Positions 20,374-32,022 of a stretch of DNA of 64,000 nucleotides are shown piece by piece. The notes beneath the pieces are model-generated. The model did no database searches. It saw only the letters and a list, made by a program, of their open reading frames with translations, and was not told the DNA's origin. This DNA is from Synechococcus sp. AG-670-B23 (GTDB lineage Bacteria; Cyanobacteriota; Cyanobacteriia; PCC-6307; Cyanobiaceae). The number at the start of each line of letters is the position of its first letter. Within the stretch, counting starts at the first letter, position 1. A program made the position numbers and the translations under genes. Location of the stretch: positions 8,630 to 72,629 of the forward strand of contig QCSL01000002.1 of assembly GCA_003209165.1 (NCBI GenBank), given 5' to 3'.

Positions 20374-21488
20374 TGCTCCAGGGGGAGGAACGCCTCCATG
20401 AAGCGCTGCATCTGGCTGGTGGTGCCGATGCTTACGCGAAAACAGCCATCAATCAGGGGCTTGCCCGCCATCGAGCGCACCAGGATTCCCGCCTCGCGCA
20501 ACGCCGCATCCACTTCCGCCACCGGGCGCTGGGGCCAGATCAGCAGATAGTTGCCGCCATCGCAGTTGTGCCGAACGGCCGCGTCCCGCAGCGCCTGCAG
20601 GGTCCAGTCACGAGCCCGCAGCACCTCGGCCACATAGGCATCCACATACGACTGATCCGCTAAAGCGGCGAACGCGGCGGCCACGGCCACGCTGTTGACG
20701 TCGTAGGGGCCCGTGACGCGGCTCACCCGATCGACCACATCGGCATGGCCGATGGCAAAGCCGATGCGCAGCCCCGCCAAACCGGCTGTTTTGGCCAGGG
20801 AGCGGAACACCAGCAGATTCGGTGTGGCCGTGAAATCAGCGCTCGGCAGCACGCTGTCTCCTGTGAAGGCTTCGTAGAGCTCATCCACCACCACCAAGGT
20901 GCCCGGGGCTGAGGCCGCCAAAGCAATCACCTGATCCGCTGGCAGGCGCGTGCCAGTGGGATTGTTGGGGTTGCAGATCAACAACAACCGGGGAGCTAGG
21001 GCCACCAATGCCTTCTGAATGGCCGCCAGGGGAAAGTCGAAAGTTTCCCCTCGATAGGGGATCGCCTCGATCGTCATGCCCTGCATCCCAGCGCAGGGGC
21101 TGTAGTACCCGAAGGTGGGCGCTGTCGTCAGCAACGTCTCACCGGCATCGCCATAGGCCTGAAACACCGCATGGATGGCGGCATCCACGCCGTTGAAAAG
21201 ACCCACCTGATCAGGCTTCAATCCCGGCCGGCAGCCGGTTTCCACCAGGTTCTGGAGCAACGCTTCCCGCAGGCCGTCGTACTCCGGATACACGGCAATC
21301 TCTTCGGTGCTGAAATTGCGCAGGGCCTGTGCCACCAGAGGGCTGGGGCCAATCGTGTTCTCATTGAAATCAAGCCGCAGCATCTGGCGGCGGCCCTCCA
21401 AAGGCGCGCTGTAGGCCTTCAGCTGCTCCACGGCGGCGCGGGCCGCTGGAGCAGCACCGGGTGTGAACGTGTGAATGTTGTCGCTCAC
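20370..21488 (-). CDS. hisC: Histidinol-phosphate aminotransferase (class I/II PLP)
   Basis: [19 protein letters not shown] and [15 protein letters not shown] motifs. Confidence 0.85.
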   Translation of the reverse strand: MSDNIHTFTPGAAPAARAAVEQLKAYSAPLEGRRQMLRLDFNENTIGPSPLVAQALRNFSTEEIAVYPEYDGLREALLQNLVETGCRPGLKPDQVGLFNGVDAAIHAVFQAYGDAGETLLTTAPTFGYYSPCAGMQGMTIEAIPYRGETFDFPLAAIQKALVALAPRLLLICNPNNPTGTRLPADQVIALAASAPGTLVVVDELYEAFTGDSVLPSADFTATPNLLVFRSLAKTAGLAGLRIGFAIGHADVVDRVSRVTGPYDVNSVAVAAAFAALADQSYVDAYVAEVLRARDWTLQALRDAAVRHNCDGGNYLLIWPQRPVAEVDAALREAGILVRSMAGKPLIDGCFRVSIGTTSQMQRFMEAFLPLEQ

Positions 21489-23257
21489 ATGCGGTCCAGG
21501 GTGGCGATGCCCAGCAGTCCGAGCCCCAGTCTGAGGGTGTTGGCCGTCAAACGACAGAGGGCGAGGCGGGATGCCAGTGCTTCATGATCAGCCTTGAGCA
21601 CTGGCACCTGGTCGTAGAAGCGGTTGAACACCTGGCTGAGCTCAAACAGATAACTGCACAACCGATTGGGCAGCAGCTCCTCCTCCACCTCAGCGATCAC
21701 CGCGTCGAACTTGAGCAGCTCCCGCACCAGGGCCCACTCCTGGGGCTCGCTGAACTGAAGTTGTGCCTTGGTGGCAGCAAGGTCGCCCCCCTTGCGGGCG
21801 ATGCCAGCGATGCGCACTACGGCATAGAGCAAATAGGGCGCCGTATTGCCCTGCAACGCCAGCATCCGATCGAAGGAGAACTGGTAATTGGTGATCCGGT
21901 TCTGGCTGAGATCGGCATATTTCACCGCCGCCAAACCCACGGTGCCCGCCACACGGTGGATGAACTCCTCGGTCTCGCTGCGCTCCTCCTCCTTCAAGCG
22001 TGAACGCAGATCGGTCTCGGCGCGCTCGACGGCTTCATCAAGCAGATCCCGCAGACGCACGGTGTCGCCGGCGCGGGTCTTGAGCTTCTTGCCGTCTTCC
22101 CCCTGCACAAGGCCAAAGGGCACATGCTCGAGGCTCGCGCCTTCCGGAATCCAGCCGGCCCGTTCGGCCACCTGGAACACCCCAGCGAAATGGTTCGCCT
22201 GACCGGCATCGGTGACGTACACCACACGGCGGGCACCATCCCCCTCCGGAGCCGCACCAAAGCGGTAGCGGATTGCCGCCAGATCAGTGGTGGCGTAGTT
22301 GAAGCCGCCATCGCTCTTCTGCACGATCACCGGCAAGGGCTTGCCGTCCTTACCATGAACACCCTCGAGGAACACGCACTGGGCACCGTCATCGGTGACC
22401 AGCAACTCGGTGTTCTTCAACCGATCAATCACCGCGGGCAGGAAGGGGTTGTAAAACGACTCGCCGCGTTCGCTCAGGCGGATGTCGAGCCGGTCGTAGA
22501 TCTTCTGAAACTCACGCCGCGACTGATCGCAGAGCAAGCCCCAGGCCTTGAGAGACACCGGATCGCCGCCCTGCAACTTCACCACCTCATCGCGGGAGAT
22601 GGACTGGAAGGTTTCATCGTCATCGAAGCGCTTCTTGGCCTCGCGGTAAAAGGCCACCAGGTCTCCCAGATCCACCGCATCTGCGGTCTCCAAGGCTTCC
22701 GGTGCCACCTGTTTGAGGTGGGTAATTAACATTCCGAACTGAGTGCCCCAGTCGCCCACGTGATTGAGGCGTAGCACCGGATGGCCGCGGAACTCCAGCA
22801 CCCGCGCCAGCGAGTCGCCAATGATCGTGGAGCGCAGATGCCCCACATGCATTTCCTTGGCGATATTGGGGCTCGAAAAGTCCACCACCACCGGCGCCGC
22901 GTTGCTGACCGCCGGCACGCCAAGCCGCTCGTCCCCCAGCCGTGCCGATACCTCCGCCGCCAGCCGCTCCGGACGGATCGTGAGGTTGATGAAACCAGGC
23001 CCTGCGATCTGAGGCTCCAGGCACAGGTCTGTGAAGGCGGGATCGGCCTGCAGCTGCTCCACGATCGCCGTGGCGATTTGCCGGGGAGCCTGCTTCAAGG
23101 GCTTGGCCAGGGGCAGAGCACCATTGGCCTGGAAGTCTCCGAATTCCGGCTTGCTGGCAGGAGCCAGCTGGGGGTCCAGCCCCGCATCGGCCTCCGGGAA
23201 GGCCCGTTGCATCGCCGCCCGCAGCTGGGCATCCAGGGACTGGGACAGGCTGAGCAT
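21485..23257 (-). CDS. argS: Arginine-tRNA ligase
   Basis: [33 protein letters not shown] and GNTAPYLLY motifs. Confidence 0.98.
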   Translation of the reverse strand: MLSLSQSLDAQLRAAMQRAFPEADAGLDPQLAPASKPEFGDFQANGALPLAKPLKQAPRQIATAIVEQLQADPAFTDLCLEPQIAGPGFINLTIRPERLAAEVSARLGDERLGVPAVSNAAPVVVDFSSPNIAKEMHVGHLRSTIIGDSLARVLEFRGHPVLRLNHVGDWGTQFGMLITHLKQVAPEALETADAVDLGDLVAFYREAKKRFDDDETFQSISRDEVVKLQGGDPVSLKAWGLLCDQSRREFQKIYDRLDIRLSERGESFYNPFLPAVIDRLKNTELLVTDDGAQCVFLEGVHGKDGKPLPVIVQKSDGGFNYATTDLAAIRYRFGAAPEGDGARRVVYVTDAGQANHFAGVFQVAERAGWIPEGASLEHVPFGLVQGEDGKKLKTRAGDTVRLRDLLDEAVERAETDLRSRLKEEERSETEEFIHRVAGTVGLAAVKYADLSQNRITNYQFSFDRMLALQGNTAPYLLYAVVRIAGIARKGGDLAATKAQLQFSEPQEWALVRELLKFDAVIAEVEEELLPNRLCSYLFELSQVFNRFYDQVPVLKADHEALASRLALCRLTANTLRLGLGLLGIATLDRM

Positions 23258-23300
23258 GGGCAGTGCGTGGCCGGGGGAATCCGGCTCTGATCATCCCCCT

Positions 23301-24158
23301 TCAGGTGAAACGCATGCTCAGATCTAACCAGCGGCTGCGGGTCACCGGCGCGCTGGTGGAGATCAAATCGATGCCGGTGGCGGCGTAGGCCTTCAACTGC
23401 TCAGGCTGAATGCCCGAAGCCTCCAGCACCACCCCACAGGTGCTGCAGTGCCGCAGGCGCGGCACGAGGCACCTGAGCTGCTCGGGGGTGAACTCATCCA
23501 GCAGCACCCCATTGGCGCCGGCCTGCACCCCTTCCAAAGCCTGGGCTTCCGTCTCGGCTTCCACAATCACAGCCGTGGGCCAAGGAGCCTGATTGCGCAC
23601 GGCCGAGATGGCCGCCGTGATGCCCCCCGCCCAGGCAATGTGGTTCTCCTTGAGCATGGCCGCGTCATCCAGCCCCATGCGGTGGTTGATGCCACCGCCG
23701 CAGCGCACCGCGTATTTCTCCAGCAAGCGAAGCCCAGGTGTGGTCTTGCGGGTGTCGGCCAGACGAACACCCGTATCCTGGAGTTGGGCCACCAATTCAG
23801 CGATGGCGGTGGCGATGCCCGAGAGCCGCATGGCCAGGTTCAAGGCGGTTCGTTCACCCGCCACCAAGGCCGTGGCCGGCCCATGAAGCTCCAGCAAGCA
23901 GTCCCCGGCCTCGACGGCATCGCCGTCCTGCCGCAGGAGACGAACGCTCACCCTGGGATCCAGCCGCTGGAACAAGCGCTGCACCAACGGGCCACCACAG
24001 AACCGGCCCGGCTCTTTGGCAACCCAATGGGCCTGACCCTGCTGGCCCTGCAATGCAGGGGCCGTCAGATCGCCGCGGCCGATGTCTTCCGCCAGCCAGG
24101 CCTCCAAGGCAGCGGTGAGTGCCGGGGATTGCCAGTCCAAAACGTTCCTGAAGTCCAC
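23301..24158 (-). CDS. nadC: Quinolinate phosphoribosyltransferase
   Basis: EDIGRGDLT, ERTALN, DTRKTTPG, HRMGL and LKENH motifs. Confidence 0.95.
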   Translation of the reverse strand: MDFRNVLDWQSPALTAALEAWLAEDIGRGDLTAPALQGQQGQAHWVAKEPGRFCGGPLVQRLFQRLDPRVSVRLLRQDGDAVEAGDCLLELHGPATALVAGERTALNLAMRLSGIATAIAELVAQLQDTGVRLADTRKTTPGLRLLEKYAVRCGGGINHRMGLDDAAMLKENHIAWAGGITAAISAVRNQAPWPTAVIVEAETEAQALEGVQAGANGVLLDEFTPEQLRCLVPRLRHCSTCGVVLEASGIQPEQLKAYAATGIDLISTSAPVTRSRWLDLSMRFT

Positions 24159-24163
24159 TGAAA

Positions 24164-25516
24164 CTATTTTCCGATGCAGAAGCGCGAAAACACTCGATCC
24201 AGCACCGCTTCGGTGAGCTCTTCCCCGGTGATCTCTCCCAACGCGCGGATGGCCTCCCGCAGGTCAATGGTCCAGAAGTCCCAGGGGAGCAGCTGGGCCG
24301 CCACCTCCTGGCTGCGTTCCAGGGCTTCGGCTGCTCGGGCGGCAAGATCGCGTTGGCGTTGGTTCAGCGCCACCAACATGACGTCAGTCCCTGCAGCCCC
24401 GCAACGCTCTAGCAGGGCCTGCACCAGGTCCGCTTCGCCCGTGCCCTCCAACGCCGACAGCTGAACATCCACCGGCTGAGGGAAAGCCCCAGCGGGGAGA
24501 TCCGCCTTGTTGGCGACAAGGATCCTGGGGATCTGCTGCGGAATACGCGCCAACAAGGCCGCATCTTCAGCGGTCCAGCCCGCATGGCCGTCGAGCACCA
24601 ACAGCACCACATCCGCCGTAGCCAGTGCTTCCTCGCTGCGGGCAATCCCCAGCTGCTCCACCGCATCGTCGGTGCTGCGAATGCCAGCGGTGTCGAGCAG
24701 GGTGATCGGCACCCCTTCCAGCACGATCTCGCTCTCCAGCAGATCCCTTGTGGTGCCGGGCAGATCGGTCACGATCGCTCGCTGGCGGCGACTGAGCCGA
24801 TTGAGCAGGGAACTTTTTCCCACGTTGGGGCGACCCACCAGCGCCACCCGCAGGCCCTGGCGTAGGGCATCTCCCCGCTCGCCATCCTGCACCAGCTGCT
24901 GAAGCTCCAGGCGCACGGCTTGCAGGTGTTGCAGCAAGGCATCGCCATCAAGAGGCGGCAGATCCTCCTCGAAATCCACCCGAGCCTCCAGCTCGGTGAG
25001 CTGGTCCAGCAGACGTTCCCGCAGCGCCGTAATCTGAGTCTGGATCCCGCCATCAAGGCCCGCCATCGCCAACTCGGCCGCCCGACGGCTGCGGGCTGCC
25101 ACCAGCTCACTCACCGCCTCCGCACGGGTGAGATCGAGCCGGCCGTTGAGCACCGCCCGCTGGCTGAACTCTCCAGGCTGGGCCCGGCGCACTCCCGGCT
25201 GCCGCAGCACCTGTTCGAGGACCCGCTGAACCGCAATCACCCCGCCATGGCAGTGGATCTCCACCACGTCCTCACCTGTAAAACTGCGGGGCCCGCGCAT
25301 CAGCAGCAGCAGAACTTCATCGAGACGCCGGCCCTCGCCATCGATCACATGGCCGTAAATCACCCGATGCGATCCCCACTCCTGACGGCCCGGGTACTGC
25401 ACAACGCTGCGCGCAGTCGCTTCCACAGCAGGCCCGGAGAGACGGATCACAGCAATCCCGCCCTGCCCTGGGGCCACGGCGGTGGCCACTGCCGCAATCG
25501 TGTCGGTGCTGGGCAC
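24164..25516 (-). CDS. mnmE: tRNA modification GTPase MnmE
   Basis: SFTGEDVVEIHCHGG, GRPNVGKSS, GTTRD, DTAG, NKAD and terminal FCIGK. Confidence 0.97.
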   Translation of the reverse strand: MPSTDTIAAVATAVAPGQGGIAVIRLSGPAVEATARSVVQYPGRQEWGSHRVIYGHVIDGEGRRLDEVLLLLMRGPRSFTGEDVVEIHCHGGVIAVQRVLEQVLRQPGVRRAQPGEFSQRAVLNGRLDLTRAEAVSELVAARSRRAAELAMAGLDGGIQTQITALRERLLDQLTELEARVDFEEDLPPLDGDALLQHLQAVRLELQQLVQDGERGDALRQGLRVALVGRPNVGKSSLLNRLSRRQRAIVTDLPGTTRDLLESEIVLEGVPITLLDTAGIRSTDDAVEQLGIARSEEALATADVVLLVLDGHAGWTAEDAALLARIPQQIPRILVANKADLPAGAFPQPVDVQLSALEGTGEADLVQALLERCGAAGTDVMLVALNQRQRDLAARAAEALERSQEVAAQLLPWDFWTIDLREAIRALGEITGEELTEAVLDRVFSRFCIGK

Positions 25517-25570
25517 AGGAGTCGCCGCTGGTGATCCATAACTAGGATTTAATCGACTTTCGCAGGGTTG

Positions 25571-26044
25571 ATGCGCCGGTTGCTGCGCCTCAGTCGCATC
25601 CGGATTCGCCGAGGAGTCCTCTGGTTGTGGAGACAGGAAGGAACCTCAGGCCAACGGGCCCGTGGCCTGGCTGCTGGCGTGTTCTGCGGCTGTTATCCCT
25701 TCTTCGGGCTGCAGATTTTCCTCAGCGTGGGTGTGGCCACCGTGGTGCGTGGCAACCACCTGCTCGCCGCCGCAGGCACCCTGGTCAGCAATCCCCTCAC
25801 CTATCTGCCCCTCTACTGGTTCAACTACCTGGTGGGCTGTCGGCTGCTGGGCCCTGGCCGGGGCGTGATCAACCTGGCGGAGCTCAATCGCAGCGGCCTG
25901 TGGGCCCAGGGATGGGACTTCACCCAGCGCATCCTGCTGGGCTCAACCGTTGTTGGAATGGTGCTGGCCATCGCCAGCGGCTGGATGGCCTACCGCCTGT
26001 TTCTGCGACGCGGTACCCGACCTGTTGCGAGGCGGAGCAGTTAG
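25571..26044 (+). CDS. DUF2062-family membrane protein
   Basis: ARGLAAGVFCGCYPFFGLQ and SNPLT motifs. Confidence 0.8.
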   Translation: MRRLLRLSRIRIRRGVLWLWRQEGTSGQRARGLAAGVFCGCYPFFGLQIFLSVGVATVVRGNHLLAAAGTLVSNPLTYLPLYWFNYLVGCRLLGPGRGVINLAELNRSGLWAQGWDFTQRILLGSTVVGMVLAIASGWMAYRLFLRRGTRPVARRSS

Positions 26045-28374
26045 CTCGTGCCCACCCGGGCAATCCCGATAACATCCGCCATGGAACGGATTTGGTCCAT
26101 GGTACGGCTGAGCTGATCCGCACCCTCCAGCTCAACCCGTAGATCAATGCGGGCCGGCTTGCCCGCTGCGGTGGTCACCCGAGCATCACTGACGTTGATG
26201 GCGCCATCGGAGAGGCGCAACAAGATGTCTTTGAGGATTCCGACGCGATCGATCACCTCGATCCGCAGCTGCACCGGGAAGCACCGCTTCTCCCGTTCGG
26301 CGTGAGTGGTGTTCCATCGCACGGGAAGCCGCCGTTCCTGTGGGATCGTCTCCACGTTGGAGCAGTCCTGCCGGTGAATGGTGATGCCATGGTTGCCGAG
26401 GGCCACCGTGCCCACGATCAACTCGCCCGGCAACGGACTGCAGCAGCCACCGAGGCGGTAGTCCAAACCCTCGAGCCCAAGGATCGCCCCTTCGCCTCCG
26501 GAACGATCCGGCGCCACATCCCGCGATGGCACCAGCGCCATGGCCACTTCTTCGTTGCTGGGTGGGGCCTGCTGCTGTTCCGCCAGCAGACGCATCTCCT
26601 CCCGAAGACGATTGAGTGCCTGTTGCAGCGTGACATCTCCGAACCCCAATGACGCCAGCAGGTCTTCGGTGGTGGGCACATTGCAGCGTTGCGCCACCCG
26701 CTGCATCGCCTCACTGTTCAGCAGGGCATCGAAGCCGTCACGCCCCAGCTCCCGCTCGAGCAGATCTTTGCCTCGTTCAATCGTTTCATCACGGTGGCTG
26801 CGTTTGTACCACTGGCGAATGCGGTTGCGCGCCGTCGGCGTGGCCACGAAGTTCAGCCAATCCAGGCTGGGATGAGCCGTCTTGTTGGTGAGCACCTGAA
26901 CGAAATCACCGTTCTGCAACGGTGTCGCCAAAGGGCAAAGCCGATCGTTGATGCGGACGCCATGGCAGTGATTTCCCACTTCGGAGTGAATGCGATAAGC
27001 GAAATCGACGGCGGTTGCCCCCTTGCGCAAACCGAGCACATCACCCTTCGGCGTAAACACAAACACCTCCTCATCGAAGAGGTCTTCCTTGATTGACGAG
27101 AGGTAGTCGTTGTGATCGTCATTTCCTCCTTCCTGTTGCCAATCCACCAGCTGACGCAGCCAGTTGAACCGCTCCGCATCACTGCTGCTGCTGGCCGGAG
27201 AGCCGCCTTCCTTGTATTTCCAGTGGGCCGCAATCCCGAATTCGGCCACGTGGTGCATCTCCAACGTGCGGATCTGCACTTCGATCGGGCGATGCCGACC
27301 AATCACGGCGGTGTGCAGGGATTGATAACCGTTGGGTTTTGGCAGCCCGATGTAGTCCTTAAAACGACCGGGAATTGGGCGGAAGGTGTCGTGAACAACC
27401 GCGAGAGCGCGATAGCAGCTCTCGACGTTGGGGGTGAGGATCCGCAACGCCGCCACGTCGTAGATCTCGTGGAACTCCTTCTGCTGGCGCTGCATCTTGC
27501 TCCAGATGCCAAAGAGATGTTTGGGGCGACCACTCACCTCGCAGTGGTTTAGGCCAGCCCGTTCCAACCGCTCGTTCAGCAGCCCCACCGTGACGCCGAG
27601 CCGTTGCTCCCGCTCGCTGCGCTTGGTGGCCACCTCCTCCTGAATCTCTCGGAACGCCTCCGGTTCCAGCAATTTGAAGGCCAGATCCTCCAGTTCCCAT
27701 TTGAAGCGACCGATGCCGAGCCGGTTGGCGAGGGGTGCATAGATCTCGCGGGTTTCACGGGCGATCCGTTGTCGCTTCTCATCCTTCAACGCACCAAGGG
27801 TGCGCATGTTGTGCAACCGGTCCGCCAGCTTCACCAACACCACACGGATGTCGCTGGCCATCGCCAAGAACATCCGCCGCAAATTCTCAGCCTGAGCTTC
27901 CGTGCGGTCATTGAAGTGGATGCCGCCGAGCTTGGTGACTCCCTCCACCAGCTCACGCACCTCGGAACCGAAATGCAACTCGATCTGATCGGTGGTGACG
28001 TCGGTGTCTTCGACCACGTCATGGAGGAAACCCGCGGCGATCACCGGGGCGCTGGCGCCGATGTCCCGCAACAGATCAGCCACCGCCACCGGATGGACGA
28101 TGTAGGGGTCTCCACTGGCGCGGAACTGGCCTTCATGGAGCTGAAAGCCGAAATCAAAGGCCGAGACCAACAGCGCCTCGGCATCGGTAGGGCAGCTCTG
28201 ACCAATGCCAGGCGGCACATTGGCGATGCATTCCCTCAACCAGTCCGGCAGAGCGATGCCGTAGTCGTCCGGATGACGGACGGGATGGCGCCTCACTTCG
28301 GGCAACGCGCAGCCAACCTTGGCCGAACCAGTGCTGGTTCGGGGCTCTTTGGGTGTGGAGGCAGCGTTGAGCAT
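26041..28374 (-). CDS. spoT: Bifunctional (p)ppGpp synthetase/hydrolase (Rel/SpoT)
   Basis: HD domain (LHDVVEDT), KLADRLHNMRTL, KPNGYQSLHT, TGS (VFTPKGD) and ACT domains; alternative start at 28383. Confidence 0.96.
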   Translation of the reverse strand: MLNAASTPKEPRTSTGSAKVGCALPEVRRHPVRHPDDYGIALPDWLRECIANVPPGIGQSCPTDAEALLVSAFDFGFQLHEGQFRASGDPYIVHPVAVADLLRDIGASAPVIAAGFLHDVVEDTDVTTDQIELHFGSEVRELVEGVTKLGGIHFNDRTEAQAENLRRMFLAMASDIRVVLVKLADRLHNMRTLGALKDEKRQRIARETREIYAPLANRLGIGRFKWELEDLAFKLLEPEAFREIQEEVATKRSEREQRLGVTVGLLNERLERAGLNHCEVSGRPKHLFGIWSKMQRQQKEFHEIYDVAALRILTPNVESCYRALAVVHDTFRPIPGRFKDYIGLPKPNGYQSLHTAVIGRHRPIEVQIRTLEMHHVAEFGIAAHWKYKEGGSPASSSSDAERFNWLRQLVDWQQEGGNDDHNDYLSSIKEDLFDEEVFVFTPKGDVLGLRKGATAVDFAYRIHSEVGNHCHGVRINDRLCPLATPLQNGDFVQVLTNKTAHPSLDWLNFVATPTARNRIRQWYKRSHRDETIERGKDLLERELGRDGFDALLNSEAMQRVAQRCNVPTTEDLLASLGFGDVTLQQALNRLREEMRLLAEQQQAPPSNEEVAMALVPSRDVAPDRSGGEGAILGLEGLDYRLGGCCSPLPGELIVGTVALGNHGITIHRQDCSNVETIPQERRLPVRWNTTHAEREKRCFPVQLRIEVIDRVGILKDILLRLSDGAINVSDARVTTAAGKPARIDLRVELEGADQLSRTMDQIRSMADVIGIARVGTS

Positions 28375-28439
28375 CCGACCCATCTGCTCAATCCATGGTA
28401 TTCAGTGCGGGACCCCCTGTCGCTCCCGCAGCTCTGTTC

Positions 28440-30035
28440 ATGGGTCGGCCTGTTCTGGAACTCGAACAGCTGCGATTGCGCTATCCCGGCAGCGACGACT
28501 GGACGCTGGATGGGCTGAATTTGAACCTCGAGCCGGGGGAGACCCTGGCCTTGGTGGGGTCCTCAGGCTGCGGCAAAAGCACGGTGGCGCGGGCTGTGAT
28601 GCAGCTGCTGCCCCAGGGAACAAGCTGTGAAGGACGGCTGGCATTAACCGGTCAGGATCCACGCCAGCTCAGGCGACCGCAATTGCGGCAGCTGCGAGGT
28701 GAGGCCGTGGGTCTGGTGTTCCAGGACCCGATGACGCGGATGAATCCGCTGATGAACGTGGGCGGCCATCTGATCGACACCCTCAGGGCCCACCGGCCTA
28801 ACACCAGTTCAGCGGCTCACCAGGAACGAGCCCGAGAACTGCTGGAGCGGGTGGGCATTGGATCCAACCGCTTCCGCGCTTACCCCCATGAGCTCAGTGG
28901 TGGGATGCGACAGCGGCTGGCGATTGCCTTGGCGATTGCCCTAGAACCGCCGCTACTGATCGCCGATGAACCCACCACCAGCCTGGATGTGGCGGTAGCA
29001 GGGCAGGTAATGGCCGAACTCAGCGGCCTCTGCCAGGAACTGGGCAGTGCCCTGCTGCTAATCAGCCACGACCTGGCAATGGCAGCCCGCTGGTGCGAGC
29101 GCATGGCGATGCTCGACGGCGGACGCAAAGTGGAGGACGGCCCCAGCCATCAGCTGCTCACCCGGCCTCAGTCGTCCGTCGGACAACGGCTATTGGCCTC
29201 CGCCCAGGCCCGGGAAGGCGGTCGCTCACCGGCACGTCCCGACAGCAACAGCGTTCTGCGGGTGGAGGAGATGCGCTGCTGGCATGCCGTGGGTGGCGTC
29301 CCTTGGGCACCGGTCTGGCTGAAGGCGGTGGACGGGGTGAGTTTCGAGCTCAGGGCCGGGGAAAGCCTTGGGGTGGTGGGGGCCTCCGGCTGCGGGAAAA
29401 GCACCCTCTGCCGTGCCCTGATGGGGCTCAATCCCATCCGCGGCGGTCTGATCGACCTGCTCGGCCAGGACCTGCTGAGCCTGCGCGGAGAAGCACAACG
29501 AACGGCCCGTCGGTCCCTCCAAATGGTGTTTCAAGACCCTCTGGCATGCCTGAATCCTGCCCTGCAGGTGGCGGATGCCATCGCCGATCCGTTGCTGATC
29601 CATGGCCTCTGCTCCAAAGCCGCAGCCCGGGAGGAAGCCCGCCGCCTACTGGAGCGGGTTGGCCTCAGCCCGGCTGAACAGTTTCAAGATCGGCTGCCGA
29701 AGCAGCTTTCCGGCGGCCAGCAGCAGCGGGTGGCCATCGCCCGTGCCCTGGCCTTGAAGCCCAAGGTGCTCATCTGCGATGAGAGCGTCAGCATGCTCGA
29801 TGCGGAGGTGCAGGCGGATGTGCTCGCGCTGCTGCGTGAGCTGCAGCAGGAACTGGGCCTCGCGATCGTGTTCATAACCCACGACCTTTCGGTGGCCAGT
29901 GGTTTCTGTCACAGAGTGATGGTGCTGAACAAAGGGAAAGTGGTTGAAGAGGGTCCAGGCGACAGGATCTTCAGCGCACCTCAGGCACCGATCAGCCGGA
30001 CCCTCGTGGAGGCTTGTTCACGGCTGCCCCGTTAA
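28440..30035 (+). CDS. ABC transporter ATP-binding protein, fused double domain (Dpp/Opp-like)
   Basis: Two Walker A motifs (GSSGCGKS, GASGCGKS) and two LSGG signatures. Confidence 0.9.
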   Translation: MGRPVLELEQLRLRYPGSDDWTLDGLNLNLEPGETLALVGSSGCGKSTVARAVMQLLPQGTSCEGRLALTGQDPRQLRRPQLRQLRGEAVGLVFQDPMTRMNPLMNVGGHLIDTLRAHRPNTSSAAHQERARELLERVGIGSNRFRAYPHELSGGMRQRLAIALAIALEPPLLIADEPTTSLDVAVAGQVMAELSGLCQELGSALLLISHDLAMAARWCERMAMLDGGRKVEDGPSHQLLTRPQSSVGQRLLASAQAREGGRSPARPDSNSVLRVEEMRCWHAVGGVPWAPVWLKAVDGVSFELRAGESLGVVGASGCGKSTLCRALMGLNPIRGGLIDLLGQDLLSLRGEAQRTARRSLQMVFQDPLACLNPALQVADAIADPLLIHGLCSKAAAREEARRLLERVGLSPAEQFQDRLPKQLSGGQQQRVAIARALALKPKVLICDESVSMLDAEVQADVLALLRELQQELGLAIVFITHDLSVASGFCHRVMVLNKGKVVEEGPGDRIFSAPQAPISRTLVEACSRLPR

Positions 30036-30039
30036 GCCC

Positions 30040-31041
30040 TCAGCCCGATGCAGCGCGACGCCTCAACACCCCCAGCAACTTCTCCATCACTGGAGGCAGT
30101 GGCGCTTCGAACACCATCCGCTCACGAGTGATCGGATGGTCGAGCCCCAACTGGACAGCATGCAGGGCTTGACCAGGCAACTCGATTGGCAATTTGCGGC
30201 AGCGGCTGTAGGTGGGGTCACCCACCACGGGGTGGTTCATGTGAGCGCAGTGGACACGGATCTGATGGGTCCGGCCGGTATCGAGCTTGAAGCGCAACAG
30301 GGAGTAGTCACCGAGACGCTCCACCAGGGTCCAGTGGGTGCAGGCGTAACGGCCGTTTTCACTGCTCACCACCGCGTACTTCTTGCGATCAGCCGGATGA
30401 CGGCCAATGGCGCCAACGATTGTGCCGGAATCGCCGCCGGGCACACCGTGAACGACGGCGAAGTATTCCCGTGACGCGATCCGCTTCTGGATCTGAACCT
30501 GGAGCCGCACCAAGGCCTCCTGGCTCTTGGCGATCACGATGCAGCCGGTGGTGTCTTTGTCGAGCCGGTGCACGATCCCCGGTCGCAGCTTGCCGCTGAT
30601 GCCAGGCAGATCCGGGCAGTGATGGAGCAGGCCATTCACCAGGGTGCCGTCCTTGTTGCCCGGAGCCGGATGCACCGTCAGCCCGACCGGCTTGTTGAGC
30701 ACGATCAGGTGGTCGTCCTCAAACAACACATCCAGATCCATCGGCTCCGGCCTGAGATAGGGCAGCGGCTCCGGTGGCGGCATCCACAGCTGCACCTCAT
30801 CGCCCTGGCGAAGTGGGGTTTTGGCCTTGCCGGTCTTGCCGTTGACGCGCACATAGCCCGCATCGATGAACTTCTGAATGCGGGCCCGGCTCTGCTCGGT
30901 GCGCTGACTCACCAACCAACGGTCCAGCCGCATCGGCAGCGGTTTGGGATACGTCAGCGAGAGCAGCTCTCCCTCCCCTTCGCCAAAGCGATCCGTGAAG
31001 GTCTCCTCCGGCAACGGAAGACGTTTCCACTGCGGACTCAT
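30040..31041 (-). CDS. rluD: RluA/RluD-family 23S rRNA pseudouridine synthase
   Basis: S4 domain (RLDRWL), HRLDKDTTG, TGRTHQIRVH and GDPTY motifs. Confidence 0.9.
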   Translation of the reverse strand: MSPQWKRLPLPEETFTDRFGEGEGELLSLTYPKPLPMRLDRWLVSQRTEQSRARIQKFIDAGYVRVNGKTGKAKTPLRQGDEVQLWMPPPEPLPYLRPEPMDLDVLFEDDHLIVLNKPVGLTVHPAPGNKDGTLVNGLLHHCPDLPGISGKLRPGIVHRLDKDTTGCIVIAKSQEALVRLQVQIQKRIASREYFAVVHGVPGGDSGTIVGAIGRHPADRKKYAVVSSENGRYACTHWTLVERLGDYSLLRFKLDTGRTHQIRVHCAHMNHPVVGDPTYSRCRKLPIELPGQALHAVQLGLDHPITRERMVFEAPLPPVMEKLLGVLRRRAASG

Positions 31042-31904
31042 GCCGGCAGCTCCAGGGCGATGCTGCCGAGGGCGGACTTGCGGAAATCATCCAGCAGCCG
31101 CTGGGCCATGCGAGCCGTCTCGCCGGAGGTGTGGCGGGCCGCTGCGGCTTCCAGCCAAAGGGCGGGGTCCGCTGTTTCACCACTCAGGGGAATGCTGTAA
31201 CGCTCCTGCAACAACGGAATTGTCACGCCGGCTGCAGCCTGAGATTCAACATCCAGCAACAACTGCAGGAAGGCCTGAGCCACCAGTTCACCGTCGTAGG
31301 CGGCCTGGCCGATGTCGTCGCAGAGAGCCAGCCGCAGGGCCGCGTGCTGATCGTCGAGCCGAGGAGGCAGCACGCCAGGGGCATCAAGAAGGTCGAGGTC
31401 TTGTCCCAGACGCACCCAGCGAAGGGTGCGCGTCACCCCAGCCCGCCGGGCACTGGCCACCACCTTCTGCCGCACCAGACGGTTGATCAGGGCCGACTTG
31501 CCCACGTTGGGAAACCCCAGAGTGAGAGCCCGCACCGGCCTGGGCCGCATGCCCCGGTTGCGGCGGCGTTCGTTGAGTTGGTCGCCGGCACGGATCGCGG
31601 CCTGCTGCACCTGCTTGACGCCGGTGCCGGCCTTGGCATCACACCAAACCGTCCGCTGACCCTGGGCCTTAAACCAGGCCTCCCAGGCCTCCTTGGCGGC
31701 CGTGGTGACCATGTCACGCCTATTGATTACCAACAGATGCTGCTTGCCCTTCAACCAGCGGTTGAGATGAGGGTGACCTGTGGCTAGGGGAATGCGGGCA
31801 TCACGCACCTCGATCACGAGATCCACCTTGTCGAGATGGCGTTTGAGCTGCTGCTCCGCCTTGGCGATGTGGCCGGGGTACCACTGGATCGTTGGGGTGC
31901 TCAC
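31038..31904 (-). CDS. ylqF: Ribosome biogenesis GTPase YlqF/RbgA
   Basis: IQWYPGHIAKA, EVRDARIP, GFPNVGKS and LLDAPG motifs. Confidence 0.95.
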   Translation of the reverse strand: MSTPTIQWYPGHIAKAEQQLKRHLDKVDLVIEVRDARIPLATGHPHLNRWLKGKQHLLVINRRDMVTTAAKEAWEAWFKAQGQRTVWCDAKAGTGVKQVQQAAIRAGDQLNERRRNRGMRPRPVRALTLGFPNVGKSALINRLVRQKVVASARRAGVTRTLRWVRLGQDLDLLDAPGVLPPRLDDQHAALRLALCDDIGQAAYDGELVAQAFLQLLLDVESQAAAGVTIPLLQERYSIPLSGETADPALWLEAAAARHTSGETARMAQRLLDDFRKSALGSIALELPA

Positions 31905-32022
31905 GAACGCAAAAGCACAGAACAGACGTCCAGCCGGAACAAATTCACTTTGACCTCGCTGGCGCTATCGCCATTCACACGGGTTAATCTCACCCCGTTT
32001 TCTTACCGCACGACACAACCCT

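Noticed and set aside
28440-30035. Orphan ABC ATPase without a permease
   Set aside because: Dispersed ABC components are normal in picocyanobacteria, and the composition is host-like
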